From contig JAQBEH010000049.1 of NCBI GenBank assembly GCA_032124015.1, positions 12,458 to 76,457 of the forward strand: 64,000 nucleotides of DNA, given 5' to 3'. Both the position numbers and the translations under genes were made by a program. Below, piece by piece: positions 26,901 to 36,582 of this stretch. Numbering within the stretch: the stretch's first letter is position 1; each line of letters opens with the position of its first letter. This DNA comes from Acidobacteriota bacterium (GTDB taxonomy: Bacteria; Acidobacteriota; Polarisedimenticolia; Polarisedimenticolales; DASRJG01). The notes below the pieces were generated by a model. It saw only the letters and a program-made list of their open reading frames with translations. It did no database searches and was not told the DNA's origin.

Positions 26901-29002
26901 GAGGCGGTACTGGGCGGCGCCGGTGGTTTCTCGGGTACCACGAGCGTCCTGTCTCCCCGCGCCAGCTCGTTCCCGTCGGAGGACACCGTGATGATGAAGT
27001 GATAGGTGCCCGCGCCGAGCATTCGAGGCGGAATCAGGTCGACGATCTGCCCGCAGCGCTCGGTCGAAAGGTCGAGCGTCGTCGTTCCGACCGGCGTCGA
27101 CGTCTCACCCACCAGCGTGCGCACGACCTTCAGGGGCCTCTTTTGGTCCTTGGCCCGACAGACGAGCGCGATCACCGCGGTGGGGGATTCGCCGCGAAGA
27201 ACCTCGTCCTCGGCGACGACAACGGCCCCTCGGGTCCGGCTGTGACCGTTCCTCAGAAAACCTCCGGTCCTTGGCTGAGAGACGGCGATCGGACTGAGGC
27301 TCGCCAGCTCGGCGTCGAGCTTCGGCCAGCTGCCGTGAACTTCCTTCGACGACAAGGAGTCGGTTTGGATCTCGTGCGCGACGGCGACCAGATCGTAGTC
27401 CCCCGGAGCGAAGTCCATGTCCTTTTCGAAGATGACGGGCGTATTGGGGAGCGAGACCTGGATGCGCCCCGAGCCGTCCTGCCAGACGATCCCCTTCGAT
27501 ACGAGAGACGCGCCGAGGTCCCAGGTGGTGATGGGGACCGGACTCCCGGCGATCGCAACCTGAACTCGCGCCGTGAAATGTCCGTCCTTGTAGGCGATCG
27601 GGATGACGCCGACGCGGATGTTCGCGTCGCTCGCGCCGGTCGCCGTTGGCGCCGCGAAAGCCGAAAGGACGCGGCCCGTGAGGCGGGTGGCTTCGCTCTG
27701 GATCACGAGGCGCCCGCGCGTGGTCGATTTCACTTTGGGGCGTTTGACCTCGACGCTGACCGTGAGCGCCTCGTCCTGCGGGAAACCCTTGGGGTCGAAA
27801 CTCAGGAGGTACACGCAGGACATATCGCCGAGAATCTGCGAGGCCATCTTCGCCGGCGTGATCCCGTTGATGAACGACCGACCTCCCGTTTCGGCCGCGA
27901 GCGAGCCCAGCGTGGTTTGAGCGTCTCTCGTGCGCTGCGAGTTGAGGCCCGGCGGGGCACTGTTTCCCAGTCTGTTGGGATTGCCCCCTCCGCCGCCGCT
28001 CGGGGAACTGCGCGACTGGATGAACGATTCGGTGCCGGTCATCCCCTGGCCTTCGATGGTGTAAAACCGGATCCCGAGTCCGGAGGCTTCGTTCATGACC
28101 CTGTCCAGCGGGAGCGCACCCATCGCGGCGTCGGCCATCACCGAGAGCGCATCCGCGGGCGCCTTCCCGTTGGCGTCCGTGAGGACCGTCCCGCCAAAGA
28201 ACGAGAGGTAATGCTCACCCGCGTTTTGCCTCATGGTGTCGGCGAAGTAGAGGACCGATTTCGGCGAATCGAGCTCGGAGAGGCGACCCAACACCATGCT
28301 GAGCCGGCGAAGTTCTTTTTCCTGTTTCCACCTCTCCTCCGAAGCGAAACGGCTCGCGAGCGAAAGGGCGGAATCGATGCTCCGGTCGAGCTCGAGGATG
28401 ATGTCGGTCATCCGGCTTTCTTCCAAACTGGCGTAAGTGTCGAAGGTGCTGTTGTCGTCGACCATCTTGGCGAGCGCCGCCTCGAGCCGGGCCACGTCGG
28501 AGGTGAGGGGCACGAGCGTTTTCAGGTTGGCGGCGCTGACGACGATCATCGCCCGCTGCCCGCCGGCCAAGAGCTTGGGGAGCATTTCGCGCGCCGCGTC
28601 GATCGCGCCTCTCCGTCCCGACTGGGTCAGATGCGGCATGTCGAAGTACAGGAGGTACGTCGCCACGCTCGGTCTCCCGACCACGGTTGGCGGCTTGGCA
28701 TCCGCGGGGGCTTCGGCCGGCGCTTCCGGGAGGGCCGCGCCCCGGGCGACCGGCTCTGCTACGCACAGATCGTCGATCAGAAGATTCGGGACGAGCTTGT
28801 GATTCAGTCGCACCTCGAAATCGGCGGCGGTCAACCCGGAGATGCCGCCCTTCGGCCCGGAGACGGTGACGTCGAGCTGCGCGAGGCGCGTGGAGGCTCG
28901 CTCGACCAATCCGACGTCTTTCGGAGTCTCTTGGGGATCGGCCGCCAGGGCCGCGGCCGCGAGCGCCGCTGCCACAATCGAAACCACGGTCCGTCGGGTC
29001 AC
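26897..29002 (-). CDS. secreted VWA-domain protein with VWFA-related acidobacterial-type N-terminal domain
   Basis: Signal peptide [21 protein letters not shown]. The N-terminal [27 protein letters not shown] matches the TIGR03436-style domain, followed by a VWA-like core ([10 protein letters not shown]...). The GTG start overlaps the SDR stop (GTGA). Confidence 0.75.
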   Translation of the reverse strand: MTRRTVVSIVAAALAAAALAADPQETPKDVGLVERASTRLAQLDVTVSGPKGGISGLTAADFEVRLNHKLVPNLLIDDLCVAEPVARGAALPEAPAEAPADAKPPTVVGRPSVATYLLYFDMPHLTQSGRRGAIDAAREMLPKLLAGGQRAMIVVSAANLKTLVPLTSDVARLEAALAKMVDDNSTFDTYASLEESRMTDIILELDRSIDSALSLASRFASEERWKQEKELRRLSMVLGRLSELDSPKSVLYFADTMRQNAGEHYLSFFGGTVLTDANGKAPADALSVMADAAMGALPLDRVMNEASGLGIRFYTIEGQGMTGTESFIQSRSSPSGGGGGNPNRLGNSAPPGLNSQRTRDAQTTLGSLAAETGGRSFINGITPAKMASQILGDMSCVYLLSFDPKGFPQDEALTVSVEVKRPKVKSTTRGRLVIQSEATRLTGRVLSAFAAPTATGASDANIRVGVIPIAYKDGHFTARVQVAIAGSPVPITTWDLGASLVSKGIVWQDGSGRIQVSLPNTPVIFEKDMDFAPGDYDLVAVAHEIQTDSLSSKEVHGSWPKLDAELASLSPIAVSQPRTGGFLRNGHSRTRGAVVVAEDEVLRGESPTAVIALVCRAKDQKRPLKVVRTLVGETSTPVGTTTLDLSTERCGQIVDLIPPRMLGAGTYHFIITVSSDGNELARGDRTLVVPEKPPAPPSTAS

Positions 29003-29787
29003 CGTGCGTCGCTCCGACGGTGCACGTTCGTCGCCGACGCCTGGTCCGTGGGGAGGATCACGGTCTCCGCGATATTGACGTGGGGCGGACGGGTCGCGAC
29101 GTAAACGATGAGCTCGGCCACGTCCTCCGGCCGGAGGGGTGTCATGCCGCGATAGACGGCGGAGGCGCGATCGGCGTCGCCGTGAAAACGGACCAGGCTA
29201 AACTCCGTCTCAGCGACCATCCCCGGATCGACCGTCGCGACGCGAACGCCCGTTCCGAGCAGATCGAGCCTCAGGCCTTCGTTCAGGGCCCGGACGGCGT
29301 GCTTCGAGGCGCAGTACACGCTTCCTCCCGGGTAGACTTGGCGGCCGGCGATCGAGCCCAGGTGAATCACGGTTCCCCGGCCTCGCGCCACGAGCAGAGG
29401 GACGACCGCGCGGTTGACGTGCAAGACGCCCTTGACGTTGGTGTCGATCATCTCGTCCCAGTCGTCCCGCGATCCCTCGTGGAGCTTGTCGAGCCCGCGC
29501 GAGAGGCCCGCGTTGTTCACGAGAACCTCGACCGCTTTCCACGATTCAGGCAGCGCATCGACCGCGGCGGACACCGCGCCGGCCTCTCGCACGTCCAGTG
29601 CGAGGAGCCTCACGTCCGACGCCCCGGCCGCGCGAAGCTCGGGTTCCAGCGCCTTCAGGTGGGGGAGCCGGCGTGCCGCAAGCAGCAGCCTCGCGCCTTC
29701 GCCTGCAAACGCGCGGGCGCACGCTGCACCGATGCCGGTGCTGGCCCCTGTGACGAGAACGACCTGATCGGCGAGCCGCGACGGCAT
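28999..29787 (-). CDS. short-chain dehydrogenase/reductase (YdfG-like, NADP-dependent)
   Basis: Start at MPSRLADQVVLVTGASTGIGAA (TGxxxGxG). Also carries NNAG and the catalytic YCASKHAV (YxxxK). Confidence 0.9.
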   Translation of the reverse strand: MPSRLADQVVLVTGASTGIGAACARAFAGEGARLLLAARRLPHLKALEPELRAAGASDVRLLALDVREAGAVSAAVDALPESWKAVEVLVNNAGLSRGLDKLHEGSRDDWDEMIDTNVKGVLHVNRAVVPLLVARGRGTVIHLGSIAGRQVYPGGSVYCASKHAVRALNEGLRLDLLGTGVRVATVDPGMVAETEFSLVRFHGDADRASAVYRGMTPLRPEDVAELIVYVATRPPHVNIAETVILPTDQASATNVHRRSDAR

Positions 29788-29902
29788 GGGTGAGTCCTCC
29801 CGAGTTGAGCGAGCCAGCTTACCGCAGCTTCGAAACTCGCCGCCCGGTATGGCCCCGCGTCGTCTTACGGCGTATAAGGGGCGGACCGGAGGGGGAACGG
29901 CA

Positions 29903-32029
29903 ATGAAGAGAGCCGTGCTCGCGTGGGGTCTTGCCGCCATCTGTGCCGCGCCGTGCTACGGCCAGGCGGTTTCGGGCTCCGCGTTCGAGGACCGGAACGC
30001 CGACGGCATCCGGGATCCCGGGGAGCCCGCGATCCCGGGCGTGTCCGTCACGTTGTTCGGAACGCGAGACGTCGGTGGCGCGCTCGAGCAGACGGTGGCC
30101 ACGGCGGGGGATGGGACGTTCACACTCGCCCCCGGTAACGGCTGCTACCTTCTCGGCGCCGCCGACCCTGCCGGGTGGAGGCAGTCGTTTGCGCGGTTCG
30201 ACAGCGTGATCGACAACACGCCCGGCTACACGTTCCCCATCGGAATTCCACGCTTCGCGAAGTTCGATCAGGCGATCGCCGGGCTGAAGACGGGAAGCTA
30301 TCGATACACCGCGATGGGGGACAGCATCTCGACCAATTTCAACCTCTGCTCGGCGCCCGAGTCGTTCTGGTACAGCAAGCGGATTCGGGAGCGGTTGGCC
30401 TGCGCGGCACCCGCCGCGTCGGTCACACTCGATCAGGCGGGGGTCATCTCGACGCACACCGACGACCTGCTCGTCGACGACACCGCGGACAATAACAACG
30501 TCTTCAGGGTGATGGCGCTGAACCCGGCGCCGAAGCTGATCACGATTTCGATGATCGGAAACGACATCAAGGACCTCTCGCCCAGCGGGGTCCCGACTCA
30601 GGCTCAGATCAATCGCGCCGCCGAGGAAATCCTCGACTCGCGACAGAATCTCCAAGAAGCGCTCTCGACGTTGACGTCCAAAAGCCCCGGGACCGATCTG
30701 GCTCTGAACACCCTCTACGACAACCTCGCCGACAAGTGCTACACGGCGGATTCGACCGCGTTCCATCGGCAGTGGCTGCCGATCGTCAACCGCATCTTGC
30801 GCGAGCTGGCCTGGGGGCAGACCCGCCGCGCGTCCATCAACGAGGTCGCCGCGGAGTTCGCGCACGAAGACCAGAACGTCCAGTGCACGGGTTTCGATCA
30901 GATGATCTGCGCCGGCTTCCTGAACTTGGACACGATTCACCCGAACAACAACGGCTACACGATCCTGCGCGAGAAGGTGTGGGAGGCGAGCGGGGGAATC
31001 AATCTGGGACCCAAGGACGCCCTCGGCCGCACCTCGATCGACGGTGCGGACTACGGCTACCTCAGGCGCGTACGCCGGGTGTTCCCATCGACGTATCAAA
31101 CCGCGAACGGGGCGACCGTCGCGAATGGGTCGGCCGCGTTCGACGACTCCGACGCCGGTGCGACGGCTTCCATTCAACTCGGGCGCGGGCAGGAGGAGTT
31201 CCGCCTTTCGGGCTTCCCCGACTTCTACGACGAGGACCAGATCGTCAAGGTGGTCGCGGGTGTGAGGTATCGAACGTCGGGCACGGTCACGGATGATTTC
31301 TACCGCATCGAAGCCTCGCCGACGGGGACGTTCAGGCCGCCTCCCGGGTATTCGTACACGACCACGAACTGGAACTTCTACACGCCGCTCGTCGGCGGAG
31401 GCGGGCCGAACGCTCCCGCGTCGAACGCCGACTACCCGACGGAGAAGGTCCTCGCACAACCGAACGTCGCCGCGTTGCGCGAGGTGTCCTCCACGCTGAC
31501 GAAAAATCCCGTACTCGCCGGCGGGGCGGGGGAATACGACTGGCCGGCGATCAGTCGCGCCGATCTGGCGACGACCGTGTTCCGCGTGGCCTCCGCTCCG
31601 GTGGCGAACACCGCCGGAGACCTTTACGAGGTCGAACTCGACGTGGCGTGGCTGGACCTTTACGGCTGGCAGAAGCCGCGTCCGTCCGAGGTGGCCCACC
31701 TCGAGGGACTGAGGCTTGCGGACGGAACGATCGAGTTCTCATTCGACGCTTTGGGGTCGGCGCAGCGGTACAACCTCTATTTCGGCCGCCTCACATCGCT
31801 CCACTCGGGTTCGTACGACCACGGGATCGGCGCCCCCGCCGGTCCGAGCTGCGCGGCGGCCACCGCCGATGCCGGCGGCGGCCGGCTCACAATCGCCGTC
31901 CCTCCCGGACAGCAGCCCGGTGAAGACGTCTACGTGTTGATCACCGGGCATGTCGACGAGGTCGAGTCTCCGGCCGGAGCCACAAGCAGCGGGGCCGAGG
32001 TCGATCGTCGTCAAAGCGTCTGCAACTAG
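29903..32029 (+). CDS. secreted SGNH/GDSL hydrolase with N-terminal SdrD-B-like domain and C-terminal beta-rich domain
   Basis: Start at MKRAVLAWGLAAICAAPCYG (ATG 29903, GGAGGGGG SD). SdrD-B-like: FEDRNADGIRDPGEPAIPGVSVTLFG. SGNH block I YTAMGDSIS and block V DTIHPNNNGY. Confidence 0.8.
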   Translation: MKRAVLAWGLAAICAAPCYGQAVSGSAFEDRNADGIRDPGEPAIPGVSVTLFGTRDVGGALEQTVATAGDGTFTLAPGNGCYLLGAADPAGWRQSFARFDSVIDNTPGYTFPIGIPRFAKFDQAIAGLKTGSYRYTAMGDSISTNFNLCSAPESFWYSKRIRERLACAAPAASVTLDQAGVISTHTDDLLVDDTADNNNVFRVMALNPAPKLITISMIGNDIKDLSPSGVPTQAQINRAAEEILDSRQNLQEALSTLTSKSPGTDLALNTLYDNLADKCYTADSTAFHRQWLPIVNRILRELAWGQTRRASINEVAAEFAHEDQNVQCTGFDQMICAGFLNLDTIHPNNNGYTILREKVWEASGGINLGPKDALGRTSIDGADYGYLRRVRRVFPSTYQTANGATVANGSAAFDDSDAGATASIQLGRGQEEFRLSGFPDFYDEDQIVKVVAGVRYRTSGTVTDDFYRIEASPTGTFRPPPGYSYTTTNWNFYTPLVGGGGPNAPASNADYPTEKVLAQPNVAALREVSSTLTKNPVLAGGAGEYDWPAISRADLATTVFRVASAPVANTAGDLYEVELDVAWLDLYGWQKPRPSEVAHLEGLRLADGTIEFSFDALGSAQRYNLYFGRLTSLHSGSYDHGIGAPAGPSCAAATADAGGGRLTIAVPPGQQPGEDVYVLITGHVDEVESPAGATSSGAEVDRRQSVCN

Positions 32030-32095
32030 ACGCGTCACCCCACGTATCACACCGCGTCGCGCGCTTTGTTGCGCGCCGCTAAGGAGACATCGTTC

Positions 32096-32893
32096 ATGGG
32101 CCAGATGCATGAAGTCGATTACGAGATCTTCGGCGATGCGATGCAGTACGTCGAAATCGAGCTCGATCCCGGAGAGGCCGCGCTCGCCGAGGCGGGTGGC
32201 CTCATGTACATGGAAGACGGCGTGGGGATGGAGACCATCTTTGGGGATGGTTCCCGCCAGTCGAGCGGCTTCCTCGACGCCCTCGTCGGGGCGGGGAAGC
32301 GGTTGCTGACGGGGGAGTCGCTCTTTATGACCGCGTTCATGAATCAGGGGCAGGGCAAAAAGAGGCTCGCGTTCGCGGCCCCTTACCCGGGGAAGATCAT
32401 CCCGGTTCATCTGGCGACGGTCGGCGGCGAGTTGGTTGCCCAGAAGGACGCGTTTCTGTGCGCCGCCAAGGGCGTGAGCCTCGACATCGCCTTCCAAAAA
32501 AAGCTCGGCGTCGGGTTTTTCGGCGGCGAAGGGTTCATCATGCAGCGCCTCAAAGGCGACGGCTGGTGCTTCTTGAATGCGGGCGGCAATATCCTCGAGC
32601 GCGTGCTGGCTCCCGGAGAGTTGCTGCGCGTCGACACGGGCTGCATCGTCGCCTTCGCGCCGAGCATCTCCTACGACATCGAAATCGTCAGCGGCGTGAA
32701 GTCGGTTCTGTTCGGCGGCGAAGGTTTGTTCTGGGCGACCCTCCGCGGGCCCGGAAAGATCTGGCTGCAGTCGCTGCCGCTGTCGCGCATGGCGCAACGG
32801 ATCTACGCGGCGGTCCCGCAGGCTGGGCGGCGCGGGCGTGAAGAGGGCTCGGTGCTGGGCGGACTCGGGCGAATTCTCGACGGGAAGAGCTAG
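32096..32893 (+). CDS. AIM24/TIGR00266 (DUF124) family protein
   Basis: MGQMHEVDYEIFGDAMQYVEIELDPGEAALAEAGGLMYM... is typical of the family. An AAGGAGA SD sits 8 nt before ATG 32096. Confidence 0.85.
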   Translation: MGQMHEVDYEIFGDAMQYVEIELDPGEAALAEAGGLMYMEDGVGMETIFGDGSRQSSGFLDALVGAGKRLLTGESLFMTAFMNQGQGKKRLAFAAPYPGKIIPVHLATVGGELVAQKDAFLCAAKGVSLDIAFQKKLGVGFFGGEGFIMQRLKGDGWCFLNAGGNILERVLAPGELLRVDTGCIVAFAPSISYDIEIVSGVKSVLFGGEGLFWATLRGPGKIWLQSLPLSRMAQRIYAAVPQAGRRGREEGSVLGGLGRILDGKS

Positions 32894-34263
32894 CGCAGAA
32901 AGGCCGCGACGCTCGAAGCGACCGTCGGCGCATCGGCGAGGCACGAGTTGATGGCGATGCCGCGGTAGGAGTTGCCCGCGAGGAACAGTCCGGGAAGCCT
33001 GGCAAGGCGCGCGTTGATCGCAGCCAGCCGATCCGCGTGGCCGAGCACGTACTGCGGGATTGCGCGCGCGTGCCGGATCACCAGCGAGAATCGCGGGTCG
33101 CCCCGCACGCCGGCGAATTCCCGGAGAGTGGAAACCGCGGCGTCGATAAGGGTCTGGTCGGTCGCCTGAACGGCCGAGGGGTCCCGCGCCCCGCCGAGCA
33201 TGACGGTTGCCAGGACATGGCCTTCCGGGGCGCGGCGCGGGAAAATGTTCGAGGGGAGCAGGACCCCCAGGACAGAAGCGCTCTCCCCTCGCGGGATGAG
33301 AAAGCCGAATCCGGCAAGTCCCTTCGCGTCCTCGCGAGTGAACCCCAGGTGCAAAACCGCGACCGGTACCGTGGGTATTCCGCCGACCTGTGTCGATAAC
33401 GGGGCGTCGAGGTCCGAAAGAAGCGGTGACGCGAACCAGGAGGGGCACGCGACGATCACCGCGGAAGCGTCGAGAGACGGCGCGCCGTCGACGGCGACTC
33501 GAAAGCCGCCTTGGCTCAGGCGTTCGATGGCCGTCACCCGAGCACCCACGCGAAGCCGCGAGCCGAGCGCCGCGGTCAGGGCCGCCGGCAACTCGGAGAG
33601 GCCGTCGGGAAACGAGGTCAGACGCCCCTTGGGGCCCGTGGCGCCTCCCCCGGCGCCGCGCCTGGCGATCATCCCGCGCACGAGGCCGCCATGATCGCGT
33701 TCGAGCGCCGCGAGCTTGGGAAGTGCCGATCGCAGGGAGAGCGTGTCGGCGTTCCCGGCCCAGATGCCGGTGACGAGCGCGTCGACGAGCACCGCGGCGG
33801 CCTCGCGGCCGATCCGGCGCTGAGCAAAGTCGAAGACCGACTCGTCCTCGCCCGAGCGCCGGGGCGGCACGAGCGGCTCGCCGAAAACGCGCAGCCTCCC
33901 TCGAAGAGTCAACACGTCCGAAACGAGGAACGAAAAAGGTCCGGAGGGAAGCTCGCGCAGTTTCCCCTTGCGGACGATGAAGCGGCGCTCGGCGTGCTCG
34001 TTCGCCGGCGTCAAGCGCGGGCCCAATCCGAGGCGGCGGCAGGCGTCGAGCGTTGCCGGGACGTCGTCCAGGAACCCGGTCGGTCCCCACTCGCAGACGT
34101 AGCCGTCACGGCGGTCGGTGCGGATGTTGCCCCCGGCGTGAGGCGCTGCTTCGAGCACGTGCACGCCGACGCCGTCGGGGAGGAGGCCGGGGCGGGTGAG
34201 AAGCTCCCACCCGATCGCGAGTCCGGCGATCCCGCCGCCGACGACCACCACGTCTTGTGCCAT
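32890..34263 (-). CDS. hemY: protoporphyrinogen/coproporphyrinogen III oxidase (HemY-type, FAD)
   Basis: Start at MAQDVVVVGGGIAGLA (the dinucleotide-binding motif). The full-length pattern is HemY-like: ...GGNIRTDRRDGYVCEWGPTGF... ending in LFLAGNSYRGIAINSC. Confidence 0.9.
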   Translation of the reverse strand: MAQDVVVVGGGIAGLAIGWELLTRPGLLPDGVGVHVLEAAPHAGGNIRTDRRDGYVCEWGPTGFLDDVPATLDACRRLGLGPRLTPANEHAERRFIVRKGKLRELPSGPFSFLVSDVLTLRGRLRVFGEPLVPPRRSGEDESVFDFAQRRIGREAAAVLVDALVTGIWAGNADTLSLRSALPKLAALERDHGGLVRGMIARRGAGGGATGPKGRLTSFPDGLSELPAALTAALGSRLRVGARVTAIERLSQGGFRVAVDGAPSLDASAVIVACPSWFASPLLSDLDAPLSTQVGGIPTVPVAVLHLGFTREDAKGLAGFGFLIPRGESASVLGVLLPSNIFPRRAPEGHVLATVMLGGARDPSAVQATDQTLIDAAVSTLREFAGVRGDPRFSLVIRHARAIPQYVLGHADRLAAINARLARLPGLFLAGNSYRGIAINSCLADAPTVASSVAAFLR

Positions 34264-34333
34264 GAGAACCTCCCGGAGTGCGCCACGATATCGGACGGCT
34301 CGCGCGACCCGCCAACCCATCGTGGACGAAATG

Positions 34334-34366
34334 CGACTTGACAGTCGTTTAGTTGTATCGTACAAG
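34334..34366 (+). promoter_or_regulatory. promoter with two operator-like palindromes upstream of the marR-like/arsM operon
   Basis: TTGACA (34338..34343), 17-nt spacer, TACAAG (34361..34366). Inverted repeats CGACTtgacAGTCG (34334..34347) and TTGTAtcgTACAA (34353..34365) overlap the -35 and -10 elements. ATG 34374 lies only 7 nt after the -10, so the transcript is probably leaderless. Confidence 0.4.
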
Positions 34367-34373
34367 TAATGGC

Positions 34374-34895
34374 ATGAGCCCCTCCGCAACCGACGCCCGC
34401 CGCCTTCGCGATGCGATCCGAGCGTTGGTGCGGCGCTTTGCGATCTCGGAGCGCGCCGATGTCGCGTGCTGCGGCATGACGGTCGCGCAGGCCGCGACGC
34501 TCGAAACCCTCGCGACCGAGGGGCCCATGCGCTTCGGAGACCTGGGCGCCCGGCTGGGCATCGCTCCGAGCACGTTGACGCGCAATCTGTTGAGGCTGGA
34601 AGAGCGCGGCCTCGTCAAACGCGCTGCCGACCGCGCGGACGCCCGGGCGTTTCGCGCGGCGCTCACCCCGGCGGGGGAGCGCGCGGCCGCCGATGTCTTG
34701 CGCCAGGACGAGGCCTTCGCGGCGAGCATCCTGTCGAGGCTGCCCGCCGGCTCGCGTCATGGAACGGTCGATGCCGTCGTCAACCTCCTGGTCGCCGTGC
34801 GCGACGCGACGGAGTCTTGTTGCCCTGGAGCTTTCGATCATTTAATGAGCGGCATCCCGCGTGCCGGGACCGCCGCCTCGAGGAGAACGTCATGA
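34374..34895 (+). CDS. MarR-family winged-helix regulator with two vicinal Cys pairs
   Basis: wHTH region: MTVAQAATLETLATEGPMRFGDLGARLGIAPSTLTRNLLRLEERGLVKR. Cys-Cys occurs just before the HTH (VACCG) and near the C-terminus (ESCCPG). The stop overlaps the arsM start (ATGA). Confidence 0.8.
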   Translation: MSPSATDARRLRDAIRALVRRFAISERADVACCGMTVAQAATLETLATEGPMRFGDLGARLGIAPSTLTRNLLRLEERGLVKRAADRADARAFRAALTPAGERAAADVLRQDEAFAASILSRLPAGSRHGTVDAVVNLLVAVRDATESCCPGAFDHLMSGIPRAGTAASRRTS

Positions 34896-35704
34896 GCGAT
34901 CCGACCCGCGCCACAATCGTCGACATCGTCAAAGAGCGTTACGGCGCCATCGCCGAGGGAAAGCAATTCGGCACCTGCTGCGGCGGAGCCGGGAGCGAGC
35001 AACTCGCCATCGGAATGGGTTATGACGCGGCGGATCTCGCGGTCCTCCCCGACGACGCGAATCTGGGGCTGGGGTGTGGAGCTCCGGTCGGCCACCTCAA
35101 GCTTCAACCCGGCGAGACCGTGGTTGATCTCGGTTCGGGTGCGGGGATCGACGCCTTCCTCGCGGCGCGTGAGGTCGGGTCCGAAGGCAAGGTCATCGGC
35201 GTCGACATGACACCGTCGATGCTCGCCAAGGCGCGGGCGAACGCGACTCGTGCCGGGATCACGCAAGTCGAATTCCGCGAAGGCCGCCTCGAGGCGCTCC
35301 CCGTCGCCGATGCCAGCGTCGATGCGGTGACGAGCAATTGCGTCATCAACCTCGTCCCCGACAAAGCCGTCGTCTTCCGCGAGATCTCGCGGATTCTGAA
35401 AGTCGGCGGGCGCATGGCCATCTCCGACATCGTGCTCGACGCAACGCTCCCCGAGGCGGTCGTAAAGGACGTGTACGCCTACGTCGGCTGCATCTCCGGC
35501 GCCATCCTCCGCGAAGAGTACCTCGCCATGCTGCGCGAGGCCGGCTTCGACCGCGTCACCATCGCGAAGGACATCGACTACCTCGCGGCGGCCGGCGACA
35601 CGCTCGACGATCCCGTGGCCGAAACGCTCCGCAAGAACGGCCTGTCCATGGCGGACATCGCCGGAAAGGTCCGCTCGATCACGTTCACGGCCGTCAAACT
35701 CTGA
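34892..35704 (+). CDS. arsM: arsenite S-adenosylmethionine methyltransferase
   Basis: 270 aa. N-terminal KERYGAIAEG...CCGG, GLGCGAP, SAM motif VVDLGSGAGID, NCVINLVPDK and YVGCISGA. This is the ArsM Cys pattern and order. Confidence 0.85.
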   Translation: MSDPTRATIVDIVKERYGAIAEGKQFGTCCGGAGSEQLAIGMGYDAADLAVLPDDANLGLGCGAPVGHLKLQPGETVVDLGSGAGIDAFLAAREVGSEGKVIGVDMTPSMLAKARANATRAGITQVEFREGRLEALPVADASVDAVTSNCVINLVPDKAVVFREISRILKVGGRMAISDIVLDATLPEAVVKDVYAYVGCISGAILREEYLAMLREAGFDRVTIAKDIDYLAAAGDTLDDPVAETLRKNGLSMADIAGKVRSITFTAVKL

Positions 35705-35709
35705 GGCGG

Positions 35710-35755
35710 TCGCGTTGCGGGGGCGGTGCTAATCTCTCGCCCCACGCGACGCAAC
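35710..35755 (+). terminator. GC-rich imperfect hairpin after arsM
   Basis: GGGGCG(35720..35725)/CGCCCC(35738..35743), extended by either TCGCGT/ACGCGA or GTTGCG/CGCAAC. There is no U-tract. Confidence 0.35.
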
Positions 35756-35823
35756 TTCAAGGACCCGAGCGCGCCCGAGGTTCTGGCGCTCGCGATCGGG
35801 TCGGCGTGGGTTTGGAGCCGGTC

Positions 35824-36582
35824 TCACGATCTCCGACGGAGAACATACAGTCGCCCGAATCCCAGTGCGGGGTGGCGCTCCGCGATCGATTCGAACGACC
35901 CGGTATCCATCAGTTGCGCGTGGAGGGACTCCTCGAATCGGCGAACGTCGAACCCAAGATGCTCGGCCCAGCCGTGCCTCGGAGGTTCGCGGAACCGCTC
36001 GAGATCTCCACCGCGAAGGAGTGCGCGCACGTAGGGTCCCTGCGGACGCCCGCGAAAAAAGCCTTCGTAGGATTGCCGCATCAGTATCTTTCGACCGAAG
36101 AACTTCAGCACGCCGTGAACGCCTACCTCGTTCGGCACGCTGATCATGAGGTAGCCGCCGACCCGGGTTGCCCGCGAGAGCTTGGCGAGTGCCGTCCGGT
36201 AGTTCCCCACATGCTCCACCGTTTCGAGACACAACACGACGTCGAACTCCAAGGGAGGCTCGTCTCCCGGGAGGTCGAGGTCGAACTGTTCGAACCGCGC
36301 CCCCGCGATGCGACGCTTTTGCGCTGCGTCGATGTAACCCGCGGCGTGGTCGAAGCCCCACAGTTCCCAACCGGGGTAGGGGAAGCGCGCAGCGCGAAGC
36401 TCGGAGAGGATGAATCCGTTCGAACAGCCGAAATCGGCCAGCCGCCCGGAGGGGCCGATTGCAGTACGACGAAGCGCCCCGAGTATGGCGCGCAAGCGGG
36501 CCCTGTGAATGAGCGCCCGCAGCGAGAGCCCGCGGTAACTCTTCTCGTGGTCGACCGGGCCTTGGCTGGGGGACTTCGGCAT
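35824..36582 (-). CDS. class I SAM-dependent methyltransferase
   Basis: Motif I LADFGCSNGF, plus FDVVLCLETVEHVGN and GGYLMISVPN. The start is taken at MPKSPSQ (ATG at the complement of 36580..36582); a TTG alternative exists at 36672. Confidence 0.75.
   Translation of the reverse strand: MPKSPSQGPVDHEKSYRGLSLRALIHRARLRAILGALRRTAIGPSGRLADFGCSNGFILSELRAARFPYPGWELWGFDHAAGYIDAAQKRRIAGARFEQFDLDLPGDEPPLEFDVVLCLETVEHVGNYRTALAKLSRATRVGGYLMISVPNEVGVHGVLKFFGRKILMRQSYEGFFRGRPQGPYVRALLRGGDLERFREPPRHGWAEHLGFDVRRFEESLHAQLMDTGSFESIAERHPALGFGRLYVLRRRS

Noticed and set aside
29819-31699. 626-aa minus-strand ORF, and similar long shadows at 39458..40816, 41075..42823, 49072..50598, 51642..52778 and 54996..56120
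   Set aside because: All are antisense or off-frame shadows of motif-supported genes. None has a signal, a domain motif, or an SD-preceded start of its own.
31739-34090. 783-aa ORF on the minus strand
   Set aside because: It overlaps the AIM24 gene (opposite strand) and hemY (a different frame on the same strand). It is Arg/Pro-rich junk. The homology-supported genes explain the region.
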